Positions 36,631-50,300 are shown, counted from the first letter of the stretch. The stretch: DNA of 64,000 nucleotides from Amphiscolops sp. MND2022 (GCA_964187785.1 OZ076418.1:35402001-35466000), one strand, 5' to 3'. Notes: generated by a model from the letters alone, not told the origin. Translations and numbers: made by a program.

Positions 36631-37853
36631 ATATTCATAATTAATTTCACATTTGAATTACATTTTTAGCCGATTTTCGCTGCTATTAGAAGTCAGAGAG
36701 ACAGAAGATGTCCAAAATGTCTTTCGTGAAAAGAATATGTTTTCATACGATACTTCAAACAGTCGATAATCTGAGCTTGATGGATGGTCTCTGTTGGCGC
36801 CAGTCAATTGCGAGATCAAAAACTCAAATTCGAACGTGACTGATGAAACACACAACTCAAAACACTCAGAAATTTTGTCAAGATTTGAACTGGAAAATTA
36901 CAAAGTTCAGCAGAAATATGCCTGAGGGAAAAAACACCATCCCCCTTTTTTTGAGAAGCACTTGTCCAATGACCCTGAAACTTAGCATGTATATACTAAA
37001 GGTGCTAACTCAACTCTCACTCAGAAAATCGAACCTCGTGTCGCCCCTGGGTTCGGGGCAATTAACACCCACGGAGATCTGGGTCGGACCCCATGAAAAC
37101 CCAATTTTGATGTCTTATTAAGTATGTGATTTTCTCATTTGACCTTAAAGAAAATGTAACTCCGTTGACATTTATTAGCTTTACTTTGTGTAAACATACT
37201 TTCTAGCCTACCTAACCAACATGCCAAAGCCACCACATAGTTTCTTTACTAAGCCAATAACTTTATTTTATGCTTTAAATGTCATTTATTTATACAACAT
37301 ATTTCAACTGATATTTGCTTATATTTACTGTAGAATTGTAAACAATATGTTTACCATTATTAGATAGAGATTTTCTCCACTGAAAAGCTATAGTCAAGTT
37401 GGGTTTCAGGACCGCGAGACTAATTAATCAACTTCTCAATCTTCACAACTGTTCGCTAGAGTTAAAGCGACTAAGTAGCTACTCTCATAGTTGGAGAGCC
37501 GGAGCGCCTGAAGATACTGTAAGGGAAGTGTGTGCAGGATTACATCGGATCCAATTCAGTGCAAAAAGGAATCGCAGGAGATTCCACGGGTCACATCGGA
37601 CCCACCAGTCAAAGATACAGTCCTTTAAAACACGAAACCAGGATTTGTTTAGTGACGGTCCACAGCACTCAGCAACGTGGGTCACGGCGGCGTAAAGTTT
37701 GTCAAGCCTCAGCGCAGGATAAGGGCAAGCAGCCGTTACATTTGGTCCGCCGACCCAGACAAGAAGAAGACGAGGACAAAGACGTCTCGTCGGTGGACAA
37801 GTGAGAAGTTTGCCCGAGAAGAACAAGTGTCTGGATCTTGGAGTCTCTGACTT

Positions 37854-38045
37854 TGTGTCTCTTGGAGTTTGGGCTACTGTGTCTCTGGGAGTTTGGGCTA
37901 CTGTGTCTCTGGGAGATTGGGCTACTGTGTCTCTGGGAGATTGGGCTACTGCGTCTCTTGGAGATTGGGCTACTGTGTCTCTGGGAGATTGGGCTACTGC
38001 GTCTCTGGGAGATCGGGCAACTGTGTCTCTGGGAGATTGGGCTAT
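37854..38045 (+). repeat. 24-bp tandem repeat (~8 copies) in the BEL leader
   Basis: Unit TGTGTCTCTGGGAGATTGGGCTAC. Confidence 0.9.
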
Positions 38046-38084
38046 TGTGACTTTGGGAATTGAGTTCGATCAAAAAGGAAACAG

Positions 38085-41000
38085 ATGGCTGAACCAAAGA
38101 AAATTGATTACAAAAAAATCGACAGTCAATTGAAGAAGTCTATGGACAGGCCCCAATGGGAGAGCAACATGAAAGCAATTCGAATGTTGGAGGCAAAAGT
38201 GGATACAATACATGCTGAGCTGCGCAAAGACAACATGACAAACGAGCACCTTGCAGATCTTCTGCCAAACCGGCAAGATCTACTGACCAGATTGGACAAA
38301 CTCTTCGAGGCGAACAAATTGCTCCTGAAAGCCAAGTATCGGCCAGAATGGACAAAGAATAAAAAGTTATCCAGGTATCGTGATGAATTAACGTCCTTGG
38401 AAGGAAGAAGTAAAAACATTGGTCAGATGATCACAATGATGAGAAGCCTGAAATATGAAGGACAGTTGAAGGAGTTCCTACAGCTTCAAAACTGCAAAGA
38501 GAACTGTGATGAAATGATTGAGAAAAACGAATATGATGTCGAAAAGAATCGGGATGCGTTTTGCAATTCAGAAGATTACAAAGCATTGCTAGAAAACAAT
38601 GAAGAAGCTCTCAAACGGAGAGCTGAAATTGTGGTTGAAATGAATGGGATGTTGAAACCTGGTGGAGATACTTCGATCTACCGTGAACTGCACCGCATGG
38701 AAGGAATATTAGCCCGTGCCCATGTGAATTGGCAAGAGCTACAACTAAAATCCCGCGACAATTCACCACAAAAGGAGCAAGAACCAGACGAGGAGCAGAA
38801 AGAAGACAATGGTCATAACGCGGATGACAGCCAAGAGCGAAGCAAATGTGCTAGATCCTTGCCAATAGAAGAATTGAGCATACACTCGCGAAGTAAAAGA
38901 ACCAAAAGCAACAAAACGTCTGTGGTTTCAAATACATCAAGTGAAAGACGAATCCTTGATCTGGAGATAAAAGATTTGAAAGAGCAAGAAGAACTGCAAG
39001 CTCGCCTGACGGAACTGAAACAAAAGGAAATAGCTGACCTGCAAGAAGAGTTGGCTCGCAAAGCTAGAAGAGCTGAAAAGCAAATAGAAAGAGCGAACGT
39101 GTCGAGCAGTCGTGGTTCTAGCCTGAGACGCATACCACCGGTTGAGATTCCAGATGACAATTTGACGAAAGTCTCTGAATGGATGGACAAGACAGAAGAA
39201 GCTAAAAACGTGGCATCGTTGATTAACGTGTCATCAGTACACCCGCAAACGTCCGTCTCAGCACCAGTGATTACAGTACAATCGATGCATGGAGGACAAT
39301 GCTCCGCGCAAGTGAGGGACTTGAAGCCCTCATTGAAACAGGTCATGACCACAGAAGCCGCTGTGCGAGGTATTGGAAAGGACAGAGAAAAAACTGTCAA
39401 AGATGTTGGCAGTGAAAGAGCAACAGCACAACCAGAAGTGAAATTCGCCTTATTGAAGCCGTCGATGACTCTCAGTGCAGACCCGAATCGGTTACCGCCT
39501 ACGTTTGGAGGCATCCAGAATGGTGCACTTCAAGTTCCACAGCTCGCAAACATACAGAAGCAGTATATGCCAAGTCAAGCGCCAAACATAGCGTCAAATG
39601 CGAGAAACGACCACTTCATCAGATCCAGCTTGCCAAAACTGAAGTTGGCAGAATTCTCAGGTGATCCATTGGAGTGGCCAGAATTGTCACATCTATTTCA
39701 AGCAACCGTCCACGCAGCAAATATAGATGACAGTGTAAAGATGATACACTTGAAAACAATGGTAACGGGCAAAGCTAAAGAGGCGATTGCTGGCCTCGGG
39801 TACACAGCTGAGATGTACAATGCGGCGTGGAACGTGCTAGTTCGAAACTTTGGAAAACCTCAGATGGTTCTGAATTCTCAGCTGAAGCGAATATATTCCT
39901 TTCCTCCAATGAAACCTTTTGAGGGAAACGCATTGATCAAGTTTGCAAGAATAGTGTCCAGTTGCGAGAATGTTTTGACACAATTCAACTACGTGGGAGA
40001 CCTAAACTCAGAAGGAGTTCTGGGCAGTGCCACAAGGAAGTAAACACTGGACATGAAAACGGAGTGACTCCTTTATGTCAAGCAAATGAACCTGTATCAA
40101 CCGGGACTCGCTGTGTTTAGTGAATGGCTCAATGATATAGCAGAAGTACAAGATGAACTGCTTCTATCTTCAAACCCGAATGCCGATCGCGCGAAGTCGA
40201 GCTACAAAGAAAAGGCAAAAAGTTCCACGTTTGCAACTTCAGCCACAAACACAGCCAGTGACAACTCGAAATACCAGCGAGAGTGTGTGCTGAAAGGTGG
40301 CAAACATTCAATATGGAAATGTTAGAAGTTCAAGAAAATGAACGTCGAACAGAGAGGAGAAAGGGCGAAAGATCTGAAGCTGTGCTTCAAATGCTTGTCA
40401 GAGGCACATCAGATGAGAAATTGCTCTGGTATATTCTGCGATGTAAACGTTTGCGGAAAACCTCATCAAAGATTGCTACACAGATCATACAAGAACGTGG
40501 AACAAAAGAAAAATGTTGAAAATGTCGATGTGGTCTCCAACCTGTCATCAATGAAAAGCAGTGGTGTGCTTCCAGTCATTCCAGTAACGATAGGCAGTGG
40601 GAGTAAAACACTGAAAACCTTCGCTTTGTGCGACTCTGGGGCAAGCTTGTCCTTTGTGGACGAGAGCCTGATGGAAACGGTAAATCTGACGGGACAGCCA
40701 GTGGATTTGAATGTGGCAGGGATTCATGGAACGTCAGATATTAGTAGCAAACGACTTCGGGTCAAGATTGGAGATCAAGACGGAAAAGTCAAATAAAGAA
40801 GACATCATGGCCTATAGTCATCCCAACGTAAATGCGGGAAATCGATCGTACGATCTCAAGAATTTGAAGGAAACATATCCTCACCTGTCCGCATTGAAGG
40901 ACTCTACAGTCAACTTGGGAGATGTCAAAGTTATCCTGGGTCAAGATTGTTACCACTTGCATGGAGCCTTTGGGTACAAAAAATGTGGAAAATCGAAACC

Positions 41001-41190
41001 TTGGGCCGTATTGAGAAAAGATGCTCAGTTGACCATTGCCTCAACAAGAGACTGCTAAGCTCGCCACTGAAAGTTTCGGTTTTGCAGATGTGGATCCATT
41101 GGTTGATCAGATGAAAACTCGGTGGGGCATGGAATCGTATACTTCCCACTGCAGCGTATCCGAAATGTCCAAGGAAAATAGGGAGAACTC
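38085..41190 (+). pseudogene. gag: BEL/Pao gag-protease, disrupted
   Basis: LPKLKLAEFSGDPLEW (BEL gag). Three Cys/His knuckles (C..KGGKHSIWKC, CFKCLSEAHQMRNC, CDVNVCGKPHQRLLH). Protease ALCDSGASLSFV. In-frame stops at ~40041, 40065 and 40323. Confidence 0.88.
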
Positions 41191-42109
41191 ACGAGACATA
41201 TTCGTTGTAGAAAGAAACTGACAGGAAGTCAGTACTAAATCCCTCCTCTTGGAAATCAAGCTAAATTGGCAAGACGAAATGCACCTAGCTGTGGGTGACT
41301 ATGTGGTAGTCAAACAAGACAAAAATATGGGTTTCTCATTTACAGAAGAAATGAACGGACATGAAAGTTTTGCAATTGAATCAAACATCCGAACCTTGGA
41401 AGAATTTAGTGTGAAGCTTGATTTGCTGAAAAAGAATATAGATGTCGCCTCCGTACGACAGCATGTGGAAGAAAAACAACCAACTCAAATGCAAGCCGTG
41501 AAGTTCGCTGCCAAGACCTTAACACTTGAAGATGGAAAAAACTGTTCTCAAATAAACAAAGTGGTTGAATTCGGTAAAGAGTGTCAAGCCGAACTTCATG
41601 AATATTCAAGAGGAAAAGCAATGTACTGAAGACACTCCAGTGATTTGTTGGAACGCAACCAACCGTATAAAGACAACGCAGGTGATGGAGCAAAAACCGT
41701 AAAGATGTCATTTTGGAGAAAACATGATGTTGAGCCGAAAGAAAAACTGCTGGAAAAAATTTTTCCAAACGACAGTGAATATTGTAACAACTGTTTAGGT
41801 AATGGAACCTCGGGAATGGATGCAGTGGCACAAGCTAACCCTATAGTGTACACTCAACTGAGCAGTGGTCACGGCAAGCAATTCGGGAGACGAGGTTGGA
41901 AATTTGAACACAGCTCATACCTATTAGATGAAATGGACGAAGGGGTTCCACTGAATCAAGATGGCATACTAGAAGCAAAAAATTCGACAGATGAAGTTGC
42001 AGGCAAAATATCACGAAACGCGAATGGGTTCTTCAAAAGCCCCACCAACAACAAGCTGTAAAATTGGGCCGGCCGCATTATGGAAAGAAGTGATGATGCA
42101 ACGTGACTC

Positions 42110-42355
42110 TTTTGGAAAATGCATCAAAGAAGGAGTTCGACAACTTGAAGTGAATGATTTGGTTTGGATAGTGGATGAGAATGTGTAAAGAGCACAACTT
42201 AAGATGGGGAGAGTGTTAGGATTCTATCATGGAAGCGATGGGCGAGTGAGATCAGCGCTGGTGAAAACTGATGATGGAAAACTCAAAAAACCAGTAGTGA
42301 AACTGGCACCCATGTTCTACGAAAGTGTTTTTCGGGAGAAAAACAGGGCCGCCAA
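42110..42355 (+). pseudogene. BEL/Pao integrase C-terminal remnant
   Basis: LEVNDLVWIVDEN..MGRVLGFYHGSDGRVRSALVKT..KPVVKLAP. Confidence 0.8.
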
Positions 42356-44483
42356 TGTTGGCGCCGGTCAATTGCAAGATCAGAAACTCAAATTCGAACG
42401 TGACTGATTAAACTTACAACTCAAAACACTTAGAAACTTTGTCAAGATTTGAGTTGGAAAATTACAAGTTTCAGCAGAAATATGCCTGAGGGAAAAAACA
42501 CCATCCCCCTTTTTTTTGAGAAGCACTTGTCCAATGACCCTGAAACTTAGCATGTATATATTAAAGGTGCTAACTCAACTCTCACTCAGAAAATCGAACC
42601 TCGTGTCGCCCCTGGGTTCAGAGCAATTAACACCCACGGAGATCTGGGTCGGACCCCATGAAAACCCAATTTTCATGTATTAATAATTATGTGATTTTCT
42701 CATTTGACCTTGAAGAAAATGTAACTCCGTTGACATTTAATGTTTTTACATTGTGTAAACATACTTTCTAGCCTACATAACCAACATGCCAAAACCACCA
42801 CATAGTTTGTTTACCTAGCCAATAACTTCATTTTATGCCTTAAAGGTCATTTATTTATACAACATTTTTCAACTGATATTTGCTTATATTTACTGTAGAA
42901 TTGTATACCATATGTATACCATTATTAGATAGAGATTTTCTCCACTGAAAAGCTATAGTCAAGTTGGGTCTCAGGACCGCGAGACTAATTAATCAACTTC
43001 TCAATTTTCACAACTGTTCGCTAGAGATAGAGCGACAAAGTAGCTACTCTCATAGTTGGAGAGCCGGAGCGCGTGAAAATACTGTAAAGGAAATGTGTGC
43101 AGGATTACATCGGATCCAATTCAGTGCAAAGAGGAATCGCAGGAGAATTCACGGGTCACATCGGACCCACCAGTCAAAGATACAGTCCTTTAAAACACGA
43201 AACCAGGACTTGTTCAGTGACGGTCCAAGGCACTAAGCAACGGATCAGGGCGGCGTAAAGTTTGTCGAGCCTCAGCGCAGGATAAGGGCAAGCAGCCGTT
43301 ACAGTCTCGTCGCCGTCTTGTTACTCAACACTTCGACCAGTCAGAGACAAACGGTTTGAATTGTCGGTAGTTCTTTTAAAATTCTTCCAAAAATCATATT
43401 TTCCATGTTGGCTGCGTTTAATTGAATTGGGGAGTCGGGAACACTCACCTCAGCACACCCATCGATCGGGTGGAGCTGGGCACATCCATCGTCTGTATAC
43501 ATCGGACATACCAAAAACTCTGAAGTAGGCTTTGAAACATCTTTCACAACATGTCTGACGGTTTTCGAGCGATTCGCTATGCCATTAAAGCGGTACCCAC
43601 TAATGTGAACCTACAATTTCGGACGACGCCTGTCAACAGATACCCTTTACGGAAGCATACCAGCGGCATTCGGAAAAGTTCCCTTAAAAACAGTCTTTTT
43701 ATCTGCAAATAACATCAAACTTTTTGAAGAATGTAGGAGAAACTCTGGGTAAACATTTCCTTCCAGGGAAAATTCTTTCTTGGCGTCAATCACCACGGAG
43801 TCAACACTTTTAAAACCATTAAGTGAAGTACTCCAGAGCGATTCCTCGGTTGTTGCCAGAAAATGGATATTTCCATGTAACGACAAGCCGTCAACGTCAC
43901 TTCTCCGTTCATGAAGTTGAAGAAACCTATGAAATGAATCTTTGCACGGGATAGGCGCCCGAAGCCATGAGCCCATTTTGCTCCATGAATGTCCCGTCAG
44001 GAGGAAGTCCTGCTTCTAAGGAGCACATGTCGTCCTATTCCAGTTTGTAATTGCTGTCAGTAACGTATATTATGCTTTTTCTCTTCGTAATCACTCAACT
44101 TCGAGTTTAGAAAAAAAACGCAACACAGGTGGTGACTTTCCACCTTCTAAACAAACAAGTTTGTGAGGACCAATGAAAACAATTACAATTAACGTGCTAA
44201 AAGATCGAACAAAAGAAACTGTTATATGCAGCTTTTGCGTCATCGTTTGTGCCTACAGTTTTTTTCTCCCTTCTCATTTGTGTGACAAGAAACTCGTTCT
44301 GCATTAACATTTTCGCTTGCGTCAAATTGACAATTTTGTTGTTTTTCTTGACATATAGTGTGCATGGTATTTTCTTTCACTTCCTGTGTTTACATCAATG
44401 TTGTCAAAATCAGACATCTTGATTGCACGTTTAGAGCTTCAGCGTTTTGTACTGTTCGTTGTCTTGTCAGAGGCATAACGGGG

Positions 44484-46195
44484 AGTAGTTTGATTTTATA
44501 TATGATGGCCGAATTTAGGGGGGGGGATTAGTTTATAAAAATTTTGCCAAATCCCGGATTCGAACAGGGGACCTCAGGGTTGAAAATCAAAGACTCTAAC
44601 CACTATGCCACGAGACCTTCCAAACAATCAAAATACGACCTATATATACTAATTAAAGTTTATGCGAAGTCAGCTTTTGCAGTAGTATTAGTGCTTCACA
44701 CAATTCATGCAAAAATTGAAAATACTTGAAAATCTTACAAAAACCCGGAAAAGTATCTGGAACAATCAGAAATGAAAAAAAACCGCATCGTTGACATCAG
44801 AAAACAAAAAAAGATATAAAAAACTGTCAAAAATGTAAACACCCCCCCCCCCCCCCCCTCCACACTCTACATGCAAAAAATTGAAAATTTCCAAAGTTTT
44901 CAAATATCCCAGAAATGGTGCGAAACATACAAAAACTTGTTAAAAGCGTTGCAATCATCAATATTGAGGGGAAACGGTCCCAGCAAACACTTCCTTAGGA
45001 CATGTAAAATCTCAAAATTGAACAAAACCAGAAAGCGGAAATTTGCTTTGACTCGGAGTTTTGCAGCAAGTTTTTGATCGTGGAAGACAACTAAAACTAA
45101 ACTATTAGAAGTATTCTTTCTGTAAACCTCATTCCACCGGCAGCCATTCATCGGAAATGAGAAACGCAAATTCAAGATTGTCCATGACTGACTTGTAATC
45201 TCATTTAAATCCGCTGGTTGAATAACTGACTGGATTCTAGGGCGCATTGTGCGGTTCGATAGGAAGCAAGTTGTGCATTTTACAGAAGTCCATACTGAGC
45301 AAATGGGTCGAAATACATAGAACTCTAAGACCTTAACAAATCTTGGTTCATTTTTATTTGTCTAGTTTTAGGCTGTAATTGGCAAGATTCTTGTACCAAT
45401 CAAGCGAGACTTTACCAGTCGGCTGTCTACCACTTATACTATTCGCCTCATATTCTAAGCTTCCAGGCGTTTAGTTTTTCAGTTAATTAGAACAACAGAT
45501 CAAAGTTTTCCCTTTGTGAAATCAACGAGTTTGGGTTTTCAAGAGAAACAGTTCACGCTATCAAAACTTCAAACCCTTTTCCTGGTTCTCGTCTCAATTC
45601 TTGGGTTTCGTGTGGCCCAGTGTAACAGTCTATAATCAATTGTAGGTATAGTTTACATCCACTGCGCCAATTTTAGTTTTGTATTTCTAAGCAAAAAATA
45701 AAACAGATAGTAGTCAATTAGACTTAGATCAAATTACCCCCAGATCATATCGTGTAAATCAAGCGAAGATGAATCAAGTAACTTGTTTTCTGATCTTTGA
45801 AAAAGCTGTATCGATACTATCCTAAAATCAAATGGGCTGTACAGTCCTGCAATGTTTTCGTCTAACTGGAGGTTGAATTCCATATGCCTAGGGTTACTAG
45901 GTTTCATTGTTTTCAATTTCTTAGCTACTTTAGACCTATTGTATGGTCCTGTATATTGAAAGTTAGATCGAAAATGAGGCCTATTCAAATGTGTTCATCG
46001 TCTGTTACTACTTTAGACCTTTAGTATGTTACTGTAAGATGAAAGATAGATCAAATATGTGGCCAAAACAAGTTTGTTCAAGGAATATCAGCAACATTAG
46101 ACCTATAGTATGGTACTCTATTTTGAAAAATAGATCCAATAAAATTCCTACACAAATGTGTTCTTCGAATATTAGCTACATTGGATCTGAAAGAC
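44484..46195 (+). repeat. Outer part of the left inverted arm of the Polinton-like element (next tandem-unit copy)
   Basis: Begins AGTAGTTTGATTTTATATATG, preceded by ACGGGG (44478-44483). Reverse complement of ~30194-31493, plus a ~430-bp arm-specific segment at ~44698-45128. Confidence 0.85.
44545..44617 (-). ncRNA. Second copy of the tRNA-derived Pol III-type unit
   Basis: Reverse complement of 31359-31431; A box TGGCATAGTGG. Confidence 0.6.
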
Positions 46196-47339
46196 CATTA
46201 CTGTGCCAAAAGTGGGTTAACACACTTTTGTGCTATTAAGTCACCGAAATCCACTGACATACTTTTAAACATGTATTTCACTGATTTTCATTGGATTCCG
46301 CTGTTGCCTGTTTTGGATTCCACTAACATATCTAGCTAATGTACAAAATTGTGTGCACCGAAATCCACTGATTTTCACTGCCAACCGATTCAACCAATCG
46401 CGTCAGCTTATTTCAACTTTCAGCGAAATTCGCTGAACCTTGCAGTGGATTCCACTTCAGCTTACAGTGGATTCCACTTTGGCTTACAGTCGATTCCACT
46501 TTGGCCTACAGCCGATTCCACTTTTCAACTTGTGGAATTGACTGCAAAACGAGTGGAATTGACTGTAAGCCAAAGTTGAATTCACTGTAAGCTGAAGTGG
46601 AATCCACTGCAAGTTTCAGCGAAAGGACAGATCAATGAAACATATATAATAACTTTCTAATAATCTTCTTTGATTTTTTCATGCTGAAACAAACCTTTTG
46701 GCCCTTTAGTTTTGTCCCCCCACACCTGTTTTAACAAATTATATATATTTATTATTAATAATTTATTATTAATTTATCATGCAGGAACGGCGAAAAATTT
46801 TCGATTCAGCGAAATATTCGATAAAACGAAAACATGCTAGTATGACCTATACTGTCGGGGATTTTTATTCGTTTACCCGAAATTTTGATTTCGATATTTA
46901 GCCGATATTCGATTATCCGAATCTTACTGTAATTGCAAAAACAACATCTTGAAAAGTGTAGGGAAAAGGAAAAAGTTCCAGACTTTTTGTTTTTGTTTGT
47001 TTCAGGTCAAATTCATACAAATTCTGTGAAGCAATCGGCGAATGGTGGGAACTTCAAAATCACTCTTTATGGTTGCAATGTTTACAACTTCAATGGTTAT
47101 AACTCACACCTGATGCGTTCCTCTCTTCTCTATTATTATAAAGTTCTCTCCTTATTATAAAAATTTTGTTAAAAGTTTTGTTTACGTCTTTCTTTTTGTC
47201 ATGATAATATGTAGTTTTTTACAATTGAAAAAATTTTCTTCACCATTTTTTGCCAAGAACTTGTAGTGCTTGAACTGTGTTCACTGTCAACTCACGGTCG
47301 AATAACAACAGAATCATTTGCTGGCAAATCCTCTATACA

Positions 47340-50300
47340 ATGTCAACCGACTCACGGTTGATAACCAACTCACGGTGGAGACAAAAAAATCAGTGGAAAA
47401 TTAGTGAAAAATACGGTTGTATGCCCCAGGATAGAAAAAAAGACTCCGTAGAGATAATGATGATTTGGGGACGTAAAGCAATTTTCCCTAATACTACACA
47501 AAAATATGTAATAGTTCCCTAACTTTAAATTACATGACTACTGGAAATGCTAGTAAACTTTTGCCAGACAGACGATCTTATTCGAAAATTACCAATTAAA
47601 GGACAGCCCCAGGGATCTGTTTTTCTTGCGTCGAAAATAATGAAACTTTTAATTCTGCGGGGCTATAAAGACTTACCTTGGAACGAGAAGAGACGAAAAT
47701 TCGTTGCAAAATATTTCAACACCAGTTTTTTTCCCGATGTCGGTACTTTTACAAATGATAAATTTTTTTCTCAACATGAGATGGTTGAAGAAACACCCCT
47801 TGAAGTAACATTCCAAGAAGAGAGAGTGCTACAGAAGACACCAGAAAATGATAATTCACAAGACCAGCAACGATCAGATATGAATGTAACGCAATTACAA
47901 CTCAAAAGGTGGCACAGAACTAATAAGAAAACTTTTTGGTCCAAAGTCCTGAATTTTGCTTGAATGCATGGTATACCTATTCACGGATTAGCCACAGTTC
48001 TCAAAGAACAGCATCAGAAACTTAGCATATGGCGAAAAAGAAGCGCAAGCGGTAATCACATTCGAGACTTGTTCACGGGTCTTTTGGAGGACAGAGGCTC
48101 CTCCGAATGCTTCAGGTACGACCTTTCAATCAAAATGAAAACTGGCAAAATGGAAGATACCCTCAATGCAATTCGACAAAGGCTAGTTTCGGTTGGTTTA
48201 GGTGGTGGCAGCCTAGTACCGTCAATTCGTCACATCAAAAGAGCTACTAGCCTCATAATGAAATTGTTTGTTACAATTTGCGAGCCTGAGCGAACCTATT
48301 CTGGATTTCGAGTCAGTTTACTGAAAGCAGTGACGTTTGCGTCATTAGTTTTACTGCAAAATACCAATCTTGAAGGCCTTAAAATTGACATTTGGGGTGA
48401 CGGTTGCGAAATAGGGGGGGTTGAGGTAACGCGTCTAGCATTCAGAATTTTGAACACCACAGTTAGCAGTCAATCATCGAAAGCTGTCTTCTGTTTTGCA
48501 TCATATCGTGGCAAAGATGGCCGATATGCAATGGAACAAAACTTTGGTCCGTCTATCCTGGGTAAGCAAGAATCTGGATGGCTATACCGCCAGACAAAAG
48601 AACTACAAGCCTTGGGCGTTGAAATTACATACAGTGGTGACAGCCCGTTCTTGACGCGTTTGGTCCTTGGAATTTCAACTGAACGTTCAAGTTCTCATCC
48701 GTCACAACTTCCGATATATGTATGCGATGAAAATTTCCTCCCCACCCGCTGCTCAGATGTCGATGGAAGACGAACATCTTTGAAGATCACATTCAGACAA
48801 CATGTTCCTAGAGAAGCATTAGCAAGCATAATCGATGTCAGAACAATCTGCCCAGACGCTACACACATGATAACGCGTTGCACTGAGAATGATATTAGAA
48901 GAGTGGCTCAGAAGGTAATTAACGACAAACATCCCTGGGAAGCTTTGAGCATACAGCGCTTTGAGAAAAATTTGACCAGCCGAGAAGCTAAAAGACCGTC
49001 TTTTCAGTTCAATATCACCCACAAGAACGTAGGTAAAACCCCAGGAACAGTAGGACCACTGTCATTAGCGGGGTCGAATGCACTTACAGTTATAGCTGAA
49101 ACAGAAGAACTTAGAATTGCTCAATTTGGGACAATCACGAACCTTTATGACGGAGTTTGGACGACCGAGATACTACTCGGAAGTGAGGATGGATACAACT
49201 TGGGGGCTGCAAAAGTACTTAAGTCTTTACATCCACATTTATTTGACAAACGGGACCCCATAAATCCAAGAAACGAAGAAAGATATATATCAATGTATGA
49301 CGCTTGTGAGCTTCTACGACAAAGTTTAAACCAGTGTGCAATTCTGTTGATAACTCAGGGAACATTTGATGTCGACACTTACAAACGATGGGCTGAAACA
49401 TACTTTCAAATCAATTTGCTCCTCTTCGGGCGAAAGGGGCTGTCACCATACAAGCTCAAGCTTCCCTTGATAGCCCAACTAGTGGAGAGCGGACACATCG
49501 AGAAGCCATGGAATCACCTCTGCGAAGGCTTGGAAATATCGAACCACAATGCGAATAGAAATTTTCAATCCCGAACCATGAGAGGCGGTGGCTCCATTTA
49601 CCATCAAGATCCATTATTTCTGGATACTGCATTTTCGTTTTGCCGGTTCCTGGATATTTCTTCAACAAGTTCCGAAAAAAAATATCCAATGTCATTGAAC
49701 ATGTAAGAAAAACACTCACGACTGAAGAGACTTTAGAGGGTGCCAATACTTATCTAGACATTTGTAGAACTCCCTTGGCGCTACCCTGCCTTGCCGTTGG
49801 CGAAAAGAGAGAATTTTGCGACCTTCTACGAGGATTGAGATTTACAATTGTAGGTAGGTTCAAGCGTGGGCTCACACAGGATTTCCTCAAAGATAGAATT
49901 TCCGAAATGGGAGGCGTCGTTTATGAGAAAGAAAACGCGGAGAACATAATGAAATCCCATTCAAATATCTTGAATTTTTACGTTATTGTCAAAGACGAAG
50001 AGGACCTAATAAACGCGACCGGCGATAAACATCAATTGGAAGCCATGAGAAGAAAACTGAAGCTCCATAGACATTGTACCGCAAGCGAGTTGTCAACAGA
50101 CGCCGAAAGCAGAGAAGATGAAAAGTGTTCAACAAAAAAGAAGTTGTCTCCTGCAGCTTTGGCCTGCAAAAGATTTGCGTCGGGGGGTTTCATGTTCATC
50201 ACTGTTGAATACGTACTCGAAATGATGAAAAATAACGTCATTCTGGACCCTGAAAGTTATATTATAAGGCCTGGACTCTTGATCAACCCGATGAAAATTA

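Larger units (their letters stand above)
36792..43303 (+). mobile_element. Internally deleted BEL/Pao LTR retrotransposon (6.5 kb)
   Basis: ~950-bp TG...CA LTRs at 36792-37740 and 42356-43303. 5-bp TSD GTCTC at 36787-36791 and 43304-43308. PBS-like TGGTCCGCC at 37743 and a purine-rich tract before the 3' LTR. RT/RNase H not found. Confidence 0.92.

Noticed and set aside
37854-38045. BEL 24-bp repeat contains GTCTC, the same as the element's TSD
   Set aside because: A 5-mer coincidence is likely; no mechanism is supported.
44698-45128. Arm-specific ~430-bp segment (and ~80 bp at 28546-28624) as separate mobile elements
   Set aside because: No TIRs, TSDs or tails identified; could equally be deletions in the other arm.
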